From positions 1 through 60,538 of the IMG/VR virus record IMGVR_UViG_3300020044_008864: DNA of 60,538 nucleotides; one strand, 5' to 3'. The notes beneath the pieces were generated by a model. The model made no database searches. It worked only from the letters and a program-made list of their open reading frames with translations, and was not told the DNA's origin. Both the position numbers and the translations under genes were made by a program. Shown here piece after piece: positions 7,966 through 14,972 of this stretch. Each line of letters opens with the position of its first letter. The first letter of the stretch is position 1. The DNA comes from a virus. Its lineage: Duplodnaviria > Caudoviricetes.

Positions 7966-8628
7966 TTATTCGGCGCTATCTGTTGTAAAAAATTCGTGCA
8001 AATCCTTAACCTTTTGCGCTTTCTTGTTAGCGGCTTTTTTCTTCGCCGTGCCCGTGCCCGTTTCAACGACAGCGGGCGCGCTATCCATTAGTCCCGAACC
8101 TTTCAAGGCCTTAAGCAAGTACGAAACGGCTTCGCCTATCTGTTGCGCGTCGTTGGACGTCTTAAATTGCCCGTCGGAACCAATACGAACCGACACGTTA
8201 GAAAGGCCAATTGAGGCGCCCGCAAAAGATAGCGTAAACACGTCTTTTACCTTTTCCACTACAGACGGCGCGCTTTTTTCCGCTTCGCCCGCTTCGCCCT
8301 CGCTTGCTTCGCTTGCTTCGCCCGCTTCATTCGTCGGCGCTTCGTGCTTCGCGTCTTTATAAAATTTTATAAGGTAGAAAATAGAGCGCGAAACGCTCTT
8401 ACCCTCTTTTTCCGCGTCTTCGCACGCTTTTAGATATTCCTCCACTATTTCGGGCTTTTCTTCGATAATATAACCCGCGTTTTTTAGGTCGTTAAACCAT
8501 TGTTTAGAAATTTTAAAAACGTCTTCGCGTTCAATGAATTTATACATCCCGTCGGTTTCAGCCTTTATAAATTGCTTGCCTTGAATCGAAGTTAACCACT
8601 TATGAGCCTCTCGCATAAGGGCCGCCAC
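7966..8628 (-). CDS. hypothetical early protein, possibly 5'-truncated
   Basis: 220 aa with low-complexity EA linker; GTG start in GC-rich context lacking the AT-rich initiation region typical of this genome. Confidence 0.7.
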   Translation of the reverse strand: MAALMREAHKWLTSIQGKQFIKAETDGMYKFIEREDVFKISKQWFNDLKNAGYIIEEKPEIVEEYLKACEDAEKEGKSVSRSIFYLIKFYKDAKHEAPTNEAGEASEASEGEAGEAEKSAPSVVEKVKDVFTLSFAGASIGLSNVSVRIGSDGQFKTSNDAQQIGEAVSYLLKALKGSGLMDSAPAVVETGTGTAKKKAANKKAQKVKDLHEFFTTDSAE

Positions 8629-8700
8629 GCCGCCGCTTCGCGTATCTGTAGACCTTAGCCGCGCGCCCGCTGTTTAACCTTGAAGCGGGCGCGCTTAATT

Positions 8701-8723
8701 TCTCAGTCTGTTTGAACAGACCG
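8701..8723. repeat. dispersed palindrome copy 4
   Basis: TCTCAGTCTGTT-TG-AACAGACCG. Confidence 0.9.
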
Positions 8724-8824
8724 AACCGACGAACCGAACCGAAAAGCAACTCGGTTTCCTGTTTCAAAGTTTTTTTCAAAAATGGCGGGGAGCCCCCACA
8801 CTGCTATTATGTGATATAATTTAT

Positions 8825-8832
8825 TACCTTTG
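8825..8832 (+). promoter_or_regulatory. -7 promoter element TACCTTTG
   Basis: TAnnTTTG 16 nt upstream of the first plus-strand gene. Confidence 0.7.
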
Positions 8833-8848
8833 TTAAAACATTAACACT

Positions 8849-9118
8849 ATGAAAATGAAAATGAAAGGTAGTATTTACCAAGGCGGGGGTGCCGGCATGG
8901 GCCTTCCCGTACAAGATGGCCGTTTGGTCAACAATCGTCCTGATGGGATGACAGGTATTCAGCAGATTGCTATGGCTCGTAAAGCCATGAAGCGTGAGGC
9001 CAAGATTAATATGGCGGCTGAGGGCTATATGCGTGGCGAGCAGATGTCTGAGATGAATGAGATGATGTCATCTATGATGAATGGTTGTTCATGTGGTAAA
9101 CCAAATTGTAACTGTTAA
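8849..9118 (+). CDS. Met-rich hypothetical protein with C-terminal CSC-x4-CNC
   Basis: 89 aa behind promoter element. Confidence 0.7.
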   Translation: MKMKMKGSIYQGGGAGMGLPVQDGRLVNNRPDGMTGIQQIAMARKAMKREAKINMAAEGYMRGEQMSEMNEMMSSMMNGCSCGKPNCNC

Positions 9119-9128
9119 ATTTAAAGCT

Positions 9129-9293
9129 ATGAATAAGGATCAGATTTTAGGACTTGTGCGTCATGGTTTGACGTTCATTGGGGGTATTGTTTTGTCGAAG
9201 GGGTTGATTGAAGAATCGACGTTGACAGAAATTATTGGGGCAATATCGACGTTAATTGGGGCTATTTGGTCTATTTCTGAGAAGACCAAGTAA
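9129..9293 (+). CDS. putative small holin (two TM)
   Basis: MNKDQILGLVRHGLTFIGG...IIGAISTLIGAIWS; start moved to ATG 9129. Confidence 0.65.
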   Translation: MNKDQILGLVRHGLTFIGGIVLSKGLIEESTLTEIIGAISTLIGAIWSISEKTK

Positions 9294-9311
9294 GGAAGAA
9301 TTCTCAAAATG

Positions 9312-9345
9312 GAGGGGGGCTTAAAAAAGTCCTCCTCTTTTTTTT
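9312..9345 (+). terminator. intrinsic terminator
   Basis: GAGGGGGGCTT-AAA-AAGTCCTCCTC followed by a T-run. Confidence 0.8.
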
Positions 9346-9351
9346 GTCTTT

Positions 9352-9549
9352 GCGTCGATAATCGACGTTTTTCTTTTCTTTTGCGTCGATTTTAGCGTCG
9401 ATTTTTTTTTACTAACTAATTGATTATTAATATATTATTCTTTTTATGTCGAAAATGTCGATTTTAAAGTTAAAATATAGTGGAAAAAAAAAGAGAGAGA
9501 GGGAAATATATATATATATATATAGGGACAAAAAATCGACATTCGACAT
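9352..9549. other. origin-like element A (IHF-consensus site, TGTCGA repeats, AT core)
   Basis: TAACTAATTGATT at 9413; TGTCGA at 9447 and 9456; (TA)n at 9506-9524; TCGACA at 9536 and 9543; paralog at 59692-59840. Confidence 0.6.
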
Positions 9550-10010
9550 AAAGCATCATTTATGATGCTTTCTTGTCCGATTTGTCCCCACCCCCTTCGG
9601 GGATACTTTCAGTTGGTTTCAATCCCTAACCATCTTGTCGATATCAACTTTATGGTTTTGGAAAAATTCATGCAGCAATTCGGAGGACTTCCGAGTTCGG
9701 CGATGTTTTATTACCGAGTTTGGCAAAGTGGGGTTGGGGATTATTTTCCACTATAAGCCTTATTCTGTAGATTATTTTCCACTATAGGTCGCCATTACTT
9801 AATTTTCTCATGAGTTTTGGCGAACTATGCTGTCGCAAAAATATACTATACTTGCGACCAAGTACCCAACAAGCTTGTCACAATTTTTAAAATATATGTG
9901 ACAGATGTTATAAACCACATTTAACTCGTACCCTTCAGGGTACGGGGTATAGTCTTAACGTAGGGTAACATCCCTTACCGGGTACAAAATCACATTATCG
10001 TGTGACTTTT
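9550..10010. repeat. non-coding array of diverse short inverted/direct repeats
   Basis: About ten different palindromes plus two direct-repeat pairs; listed in findings. Confidence 0.7.
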
Positions 10011-10067
10011 GCGACACAAACGTCAATTTTTTTTATTGATTGACTGCGATTCCGTACTTTAATGTTG

Positions 10068-10075
10068 TATATTTG
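10068..10075 (+). promoter_or_regulatory. -7 promoter element TATATTTG
   Basis: TAnnTTTG 19 nt before groEL ATG at 10095. Confidence 0.7.
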
Positions 10076-10094
10076 TCTCACTAAATTTAATTCA

Positions 10095-11702
10095 ATGGAT
10101 TCAACGATTGGGTATTCTCCTAAAGATTTGCGTTTCGGTTCTGATGGCAGATCAAAATTAATCAATGGTGTAGCTAAGATGTCTCGTGCTGTTAAGAGTA
10201 CGTTGGGGCCAAGTGGTAACACGGTGCTTATTGAGTCACCTGAGCATACGCATGGTCTTACTGTGACCAAGGATGGTGTGACTGTTGCTAAGTCGATTCA
10301 CTTGATTGACCCTGTAGAGAACCTTGCGGTTAGGATGATGAAGGAGGCTGCTGATAAGACGGCTACCTCGGCGGGTGATGGGACGACTACTGCCATTGTG
10401 TTGACTGAGGCTTTGGTCTTGTCGGGCAATGAGCTGATGGAGCAGGGGTTAAACCGCACTGAGATGTTGCGATCTTTGGTGGAGCAGAGTGAGAAGGTGG
10501 TGGATAAGCTTAAGTCGAGCGCTAAGAAGTTAACGAGCAAGATGCTTGTTGACGTGGCGACTATCTCGGCGAACAATGACAAGGTGGTGGGTAAGATTAT
10601 CGGTGATGTGTATAAGGGCGTTGGCAAGGGTGGCATCGTTACGGTGGAGAAGAGTCAGACGAGTGAGACATATGCTGAGGTGACTAAGGGGTTAAAGATT
10701 GACAGAGGGTATTTGAGTTCTTTGTTCGTGAATAACCAACGCAAGGACGAGTGTGTGTATGAGGATACGATGGTGTTGGTTGCTGACATTGAGATTTCTA
10801 ATCTCTTGCAGCTTGAGAATGTTTTGAAGCCAATCATTTCTGAGGGTAAGAAGCTGTTGATCATTGCCCCATGTAATACCAATGTGGTAAATACGTTGGC
10901 GGCTAATGTGATGAAGGGGAATTTGAAGGTTTGTGCTGTGCCTCCTCCTAACTTTGGGTATAAGCAGCACGAGCTGATGCATGACATCGCTGTTAGCGTG
11001 GGTGCTACCTACTTCAGTGAGAAGACGGGTGATGATTTGAGCCATATTAGCTACGCTGACCTTGGCCATGCGGCTAAGATTATCGTCAATGGTGATCAGA
11101 CTGTGGTTATTAAGTCTAATGTCAAGGCTGACGACGCTAAGATTGCTGAGCGCGTGGAGCAGTTGTGGCAGGCGCACCGCGATGCGGTGAAGAAGAACGA
11201 TAAGGACTTCATTTTGGAGAGGATAGCGTCACTAACCGGTGGCATTGGTGTGATATATGTGGGTGGTAACACTGATCTTGAGCAGAAGGAGCTGTATGAC
11301 CGCGTTGATGACGCTGTTTGTGCTGTTCGTTCAGCCCTTGAGGAGGGTATCCTGCCGGGGGCAGGTATGTCGTTGGCTTATATGGTCAATAATACCATTG
11401 ATAAAGAGCTTAGCAAGGAGCAACGTGTGGCTCAGCAGGTGCTTAACTTAGCTCTTGTGGCGCCGATGACTCAGATCATTGAGAATGCGGGGTTGTGTGT
11501 CAACAATCTGTACCATGGCAAGGAGGAGTTTGGTGAGGGTGTCAATGTGAAGACCAAGGAGAAGGGTAACTTGATAGCTATGGGTGTCATTGACCCGCTT
11601 AAGGTAACGCGTAGCGCTTTAGAGAACGCTATTAGCGTAGCTGTGACTATCTTGAGTACTAACGCTGTGATTACCATGGCAAGAACATATGACGCGCAAT
11701 GA
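10095..11702 (+). CDS. groEL: phage-encoded chaperonin GroEL
   Basis: TLGPSG, TKDGVTVAK, AGDGTTTA, ATISANND, ERIASLTGG, GVIDPLKVTRSALENA; no GGM tail; start moved downstream of promoter. Confidence 0.97.
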   Translation: MDSTIGYSPKDLRFGSDGRSKLINGVAKMSRAVKSTLGPSGNTVLIESPEHTHGLTVTKDGVTVAKSIHLIDPVENLAVRMMKEAADKTATSAGDGTTTAIVLTEALVLSGNELMEQGLNRTEMLRSLVEQSEKVVDKLKSSAKKLTSKMLVDVATISANNDKVVGKIIGDVYKGVGKGGIVTVEKSQTSETYAEVTKGLKIDRGYLSSLFVNNQRKDECVYEDTMVLVADIEISNLLQLENVLKPIISEGKKLLIIAPCNTNVVNTLAANVMKGNLKVCAVPPPNFGYKQHELMHDIAVSVGATYFSEKTGDDLSHISYADLGHAAKIIVNGDQTVVIKSNVKADDAKIAERVEQLWQAHRDAVKKNDKDFILERIASLTGGIGVIYVGGNTDLEQKELYDRVDDAVCAVRSALEEGILPGAGMSLAYMVNNTIDKELSKEQRVAQQVLNLALVAPMTQIIENAGLCVNNLYHGKEEFGEGVNVKTKEKGNLIAMGVIDPLKVTRSALENAISVAVTILSTNAVITMARTYDAQ

Positions 11703-11947
11703 CAAGAAAGGAGATTATAGACTCGTTTGAGGACGAGGAGCTTTTATTCGTTGATGGCTTTGATGCTGCCATCATCGGTATTGACACTGTCAACTACCGT
11801 GTGGTATATAACACTGAGATAATTATTGAGGTGTTGATCTCCGAGGGTATGTCGTATGAGGATGCCCTTGAGCATTTTGGTTACAACATTCAAGGGGCGT
11901 ATGTCGGTGAGAAGACGCCTATCTACTGTCAAACAACAATACTATGA
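11699..11947 (+). CDS. hypothetical phage protein
   Basis: DGFDAAIIG..RVVY..GMSYEDALEHFGYNIQGAYVGEKTP; ATGA-coupled. Confidence 0.75.
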   Translation: MTRKEIIDSFEDEELLFVDGFDAAIIGIDTVNYRVVYNTEIIIEVLISEGMSYEDALEHFGYNIQGAYVGEKTPIYCQTTIL

Positions 11948-12303
11948 TGTTAAAGGTTGAGGACATAGCTAAGACGTGCCACGAGGTGAACAAGGTTTAC
12001 TGCGAGAGTATCGGTGACTTCACTCAGTTGCATTGGGACAAGGCTCCCAAGTGGCAGAAGGACAGCGCCATTGACGGTGTTCGGTTCTTGGTCAATAACA
12101 TTGACGCGACGGCTGAGGATATCCATGAGAATTGGATGAAGGCTAAGAAGGAGGACGGTTGGCGATTTGGTATCGCTAAGGATGAGTACGCTAAGACGCA
12201 TCCTTGTCTGATCCCGTATAACTTCCTGTCTGCTGAGCAGCAGATGAAAGACACATTATTCATTTCAATTGTAAGATCATTCTACCATGAAGGCAATAGG
12301 TAA
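11944..12303 (+). CDS. RyR-domain protein
   Basis: IHENWMKAKKEDGWRFG...KTHPCLIPYNFLSAEQQMKD matches the RyR repeat pattern H-x-x-W...GW-x-G...HP-x-L-x-PY-x-x-L. Confidence 0.8.
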   Translation: MMLKVEDIAKTCHEVNKVYCESIGDFTQLHWDKAPKWQKDSAIDGVRFLVNNIDATAEDIHENWMKAKKEDGWRFGIAKDEYAKTHPCLIPYNFLSAEQQMKDTLFISIVRSFYHEGNR

Positions 12304-12544
12304 GAACATTATTATTAAGACCGTTGAGGAGGAGATTAAAACTTCTTCAGGGTTATTGTTGTCGGGTGAGGACGCGAACATGATGCGCTACAAGCGCGGC
12401 ACTGTGGTTGTCCCGGGCACTGAGGTATTAACTATTAACGCAGGCGATGATATCTACTATGACAAGGGACATGGATATACTATGGTCATCCACGATGAGC
12501 AGTATACCATCATACAGGAACGCGACGTGGTCGTGGTCCTTTAG
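12287..12544 (+). CDS. groES: co-chaperonin GroES
   Basis: Mobile loop EIKTSSGLLL, GTVVVPG, GDDIYY, IIQERDVVVVL. Confidence 0.88.
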   Translation: MKAIGKNIIIKTVEEEIKTSSGLLLSGEDANMMRYKRGTVVVPGTEVLTINAGDDIYYDKGHGYTMVIHDEQYTIIQERDVVVVL

Positions 12545-12975
12545 TCCTCAGCCTCTAATCGTTTTTTCCGAATCTCCTGATTCATTTGAGTGATCATCAT
12601 GCGCTGTACTTTGCCCATGTAGCTCACGTTCTTCCTGTACATCGGGTTGCACTTTGGGTTTTCTGATATCTCCTCACCGTCAAGCTTCTTGTACATATCT
12701 GTTATCATTAGCTTGGCTCTGTGCGACATTTTGTACAGCGTGGTCTGCTTACCTTGTTTCTTTCTGAACACTTCGATCCATCCATTTTTCAACAGCTTGT
12801 CAAATCTCCTTACGTCCCACGACATGATATTATTGAAGTGTGAGAACTTTGACTTGTTGAAGTACTTCTCGCTGTAGAGAAAGAGCAGCATATCCATCTC
12901 CACTTGTGAGATGCCGTACTTCATTTTGGTGTAGTTGCGGATTACTTTCCAATACTTTAGATAATTTGATTTCAT
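12541..12975 (-). CDS. winged-helix (MarR-like) DNA-binding protein
   Basis: ISQVEMDMLLFLY..RFDKLLKNGWIEVFR..TTLYKMSHRA; only minus-strand gene in the late arm. Confidence 0.65.
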   Translation of the reverse strand: MKSNYLKYWKVIRNYTKMKYGISQVEMDMLLFLYSEKYFNKSKFSHFNNIMSWDVRRFDKLLKNGWIEVFRKKQGKQTTLYKMSHRAKLMITDMYKKLDGEEISENPKCNPMYRKNVSYMGKVQRMMITQMNQEIRKKRLEAED

Positions 12976-12985
12976 TTTATTTTAT

Positions 12986-13003
12986 TATATTTGTCCAAAG
13001 TTA
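12986..13003. promoter_or_regulatory. overlapping divergent promoters: + TATATTTG (12986-12993) and - TAACTTTG (13003-12996)
   Basis: Both match TAnnTTTG and are 2 nt apart, between starts 12975(-) and 13025(+). Confidence 0.7.
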
Positions 13004-13024
13004 AACATACAAAACCAAATTACA

Positions 13025-13345
13025 ATGGCTAAAGATTACAACGCTATCAATTTCAAGAATAAGGACATTGATAGATTTGCTACTAAGTTCGGTCAGCCTG
13101 ATCCCGGAAAAGGTATTGTCTCTCAAGCAAAAGACGCGATGAATACTATCGCTAATAGTGCAAAGTCTAAAGGCACTATTGACAAGGTGAGAGATACTAT
13201 GAACACTATCGCTAAGAAAAAAGATGATGATAGTCTTATAGGCGTATCTTTTCAAGAGATTCCTTCTAAAAATAAAGATGAGAGATATTTTGAAACTCCA
13301 AGTAAAACAAGGAAACTCATTCTGAAAGGATTTAAAAAGAAGTAA
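13025..13345 (+). CDS. shared-leader small protein 1
   Basis: MAKDYNAINFKNKDIDRFATKFGQPDP + basic cargo with internal repeat D(A/T)MNTIA x2. Confidence 0.8.
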   Translation: MAKDYNAINFKNKDIDRFATKFGQPDPGKGIVSQAKDAMNTIANSAKSKGTIDKVRDTMNTIAKKKDDDSLIGVSFQEIPSKNKDERYFETPSKTRKLILKGFKKK

Positions 13346-13348
13346 CTA

Positions 13349-13597
13349 ATGAACTCAAAAGAATCAGTTAAGGACAATCCTCAAGACATTGCGTTCCGCA
13401 ATAGTGTTGTTGAACGCTTGTCTACTTTGGAGAGCGACTACACTGCGCGTCGTATTGAGAAGATCAAAGCCGGTAAGGCTTCGTCTATTGCTAAGAAAAA
13501 CCTTGGTCGTGGTGCTAAGGAGATTGCAGGTCTCGGTGCTCTTCAAGGATTCCAATCAGGATTGGGTAACCCTACAAAACTAAATACAAGAAAATAA
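13349..13597 (+). CDS. shared-leader small protein 2 (degenerate leader)
   Basis: DIAFRNSVVERLST aligns with AINFKNRDIDRFST. Confidence 0.7.
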   Translation: MNSKESVKDNPQDIAFRNSVVERLSTLESDYTARRIEKIKAGKASSIAKKNLGRGAKEIAGLGALQGFQSGLGNPTKLNTRK

Positions 13598-14052
13598 TGG
13601 CTATTGACTACAACGCATTTAACTTCAAGAACAGGGACATTGACAAGTTCGCAAGCAATGATCCTATCATTAGAAAGAACCTATTAGGTCGTGACGTTAA
13701 GATCACCACTGAAGGTAACACCAAGACTCGTGAGGTGACGGGTGAGAATGTTGCTAAGACAAGAGTGACTAAGGAACTTAAGTCAGGCGGTTCAAAAATA
13801 ACTGAGAGTAAGATGAAGATCTCTCCTCGTGAGCAGATGATTGACGTTACCAACAAGACTAAGTATACCGGTGAGGCTGCGAGAAAGAGAGTCCTTGACG
13901 TTAACCCTGAGACGAGCAGAACAAAGACTACGTCTAAGGCGTTCTCTGTTGACCCGGCGAAAGCTAAGGAGACGAAGAACACATTGTCTGTAAGAGAGAA
14001 GGCTAAGAAGTCTTACAAGGGAAGTAACTTACCGCGCAACTACAACGACTAA
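13597..14052 (+). CDS. shared-leader small protein 3
   Basis: MAIDYNAFNFKNRDIDKFASNDP + K/T-rich cargo. Confidence 0.8.
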   Translation: MAIDYNAFNFKNRDIDKFASNDPIIRKNLLGRDVKITTEGNTKTREVTGENVAKTRVTKELKSGGSKITESKMKISPREQMIDVTNKTKYTGEAARKRVLDVNPETSRTKTTSKAFSVDPAKAKETKNTLSVREKAKKSYKGSNLPRNYND

Positions 14053-14053
14053 G

Positions 14054-14386
14054 ATGGACTATAACGCTATCAACTTTAAGAATAGAGATATCGACAGGTT
14101 CTCTACGAGGTTTGGTAACGGTGACCCGAAGAAGAAGGCTGATCAAACGTCAGCTCCTTCACCTGCGATGCCTGAGTTTAAGACTACTGCTCCTAAGTCA
14201 ACGGAGAAAGATTGGAGAGAACGCTCACGTGTGGGTGCTGCTCTTCATGGCACTCCTTATGCGGGTGGTAAAGACAAAGGTGGTAAGAAGAATATGAATA
14301 CAGGTGGAGGTAAGAGTACGCTTTGTATCGATAAGTTCGGTCAGAAGAAGCAAGATGAAGAATGTAAAAACCCTAACGCTAAATAA
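14054..14386 (+). CDS. shared-leader small protein 4
   Basis: MDYNAINFKNRDIDRFSTRFGNGDP + basic cargo. Confidence 0.8.
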   Translation: MDYNAINFKNRDIDRFSTRFGNGDPKKKADQTSAPSPAMPEFKTTAPKSTEKDWRERSRVGAALHGTPYAGGKDKGGKKNMNTGGGKSTLCIDKFGQKKQDEECKNPNAK

Positions 14387-14387
14387 T

Positions 14388-14507
14388 ATGGCTAAGAAAA
14401 TGACAGGTAAAGGCTCTTCATGTGGGAGCACAGGTAAGTCTTCATCAAAGAAGATGATGATGACTTCAGAAAAGAAAATGTATAACACACCAACTAAGAA
14501 GAAATAA
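14388..14507 (+). CDS. small basic protein (39 aa)
   Basis: MAKKMTGKGSSCGSTGK...; starts right after previous stop. Confidence 0.6.
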   Translation: MAKKMTGKGSSCGSTGKSSSKKMMMTSEKKMYNTPTKKK

Positions 14508-14508
14508 C

Positions 14509-14691
14509 ATGGCTAAGAAAAAAGAAGTTATTGAAGAGCTTACAGTTGAAGCTCCTATTGTTGAAGCTCCTGTAGCTGAAACTCCTATTGTTGAAGTTCC
14601 TAAGAAAGCTTCAAGAAGCATTGCTCCTGATGTGGCTAAGCCTCAGCCTGCGCAAGTTGGACACACAACACGTGCGTTCCGTGGCAGATAA
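14509..14691 (+). CDS. small protein with VEAP repeats
   Basis: 60 aa, EAPIVEAPVAETPIVE. Confidence 0.65.
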   Translation: MAKKKEVIEELTVEAPIVEAPVAETPIVEVPKKASRSIAPDVAKPQPAQVGHTTRAFRGR

Positions 14692-14971
14692 GTCATCAAT
14701 GAAATGCAATAGCCCAAAGCCTTCTGACCGTCCCGGGAAGAAAATGATGGTGAAGGCGTGCTCAGGAGGTCAGGAGAAGCTCCTGCACTTTGGAGCTAAG
14801 GGCTACGGCAATAACTATTCAGCTGCAGCTCGCAAGAGCTTCAAGGCGAGACATAGTTGTGACACAGCTAATGATAAGCTGACGCCACGCCATTGGTCTT
14901 GTAAGTATTTGTGGAAAGGGCCGGGTGGTCCGACCACCTCTAATCCTTCAAACCGTAAAGGGAAGTACTAA
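14681..14971 (+). CDS. basic hypothetical phage protein
   Basis: GTG start; PGKKMMVKAC..EKLLHFGAKGY..RKSFKARHSC..KLTPRHWSC. Confidence 0.75.
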   Translation: MADKSSMKCNSPKPSDRPGKKMMVKACSGGQEKLLHFGAKGYGNNYSAAARKSFKARHSCDTANDKLTPRHWSCKYLWKGPGGPTTSNPSNRKGKY

Positions 14972-14972
14972 A

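Noticed and set aside
9562-9756. 64-aa ORF in the palindrome array
   Set aside because: Start lies inside a hairpin, composition is atypical and no promoter was seen; DNA-level dyads explain the sequence better.
9986-10009. CRP site
   Set aside because: Half-sites are in the reverse arrangement (TCACA-N6-TGTGA rather than TGTGA-N6-TCACA).
10298-12263. Antisense ORFs over groEL and neighbours, and similar shadow ORFs over portal, giant gene and primase
   Set aside because: They are shadows of codon bias in long genuine genes and show no motifs or expression signals.
10095-12544. Host chromosomal groESL, i.e. prophage boundary or contamination
   Set aside because: Gene order is reversed, phage-type genes are interleaved, the GGM tail is absent and both flanks are phage genes.
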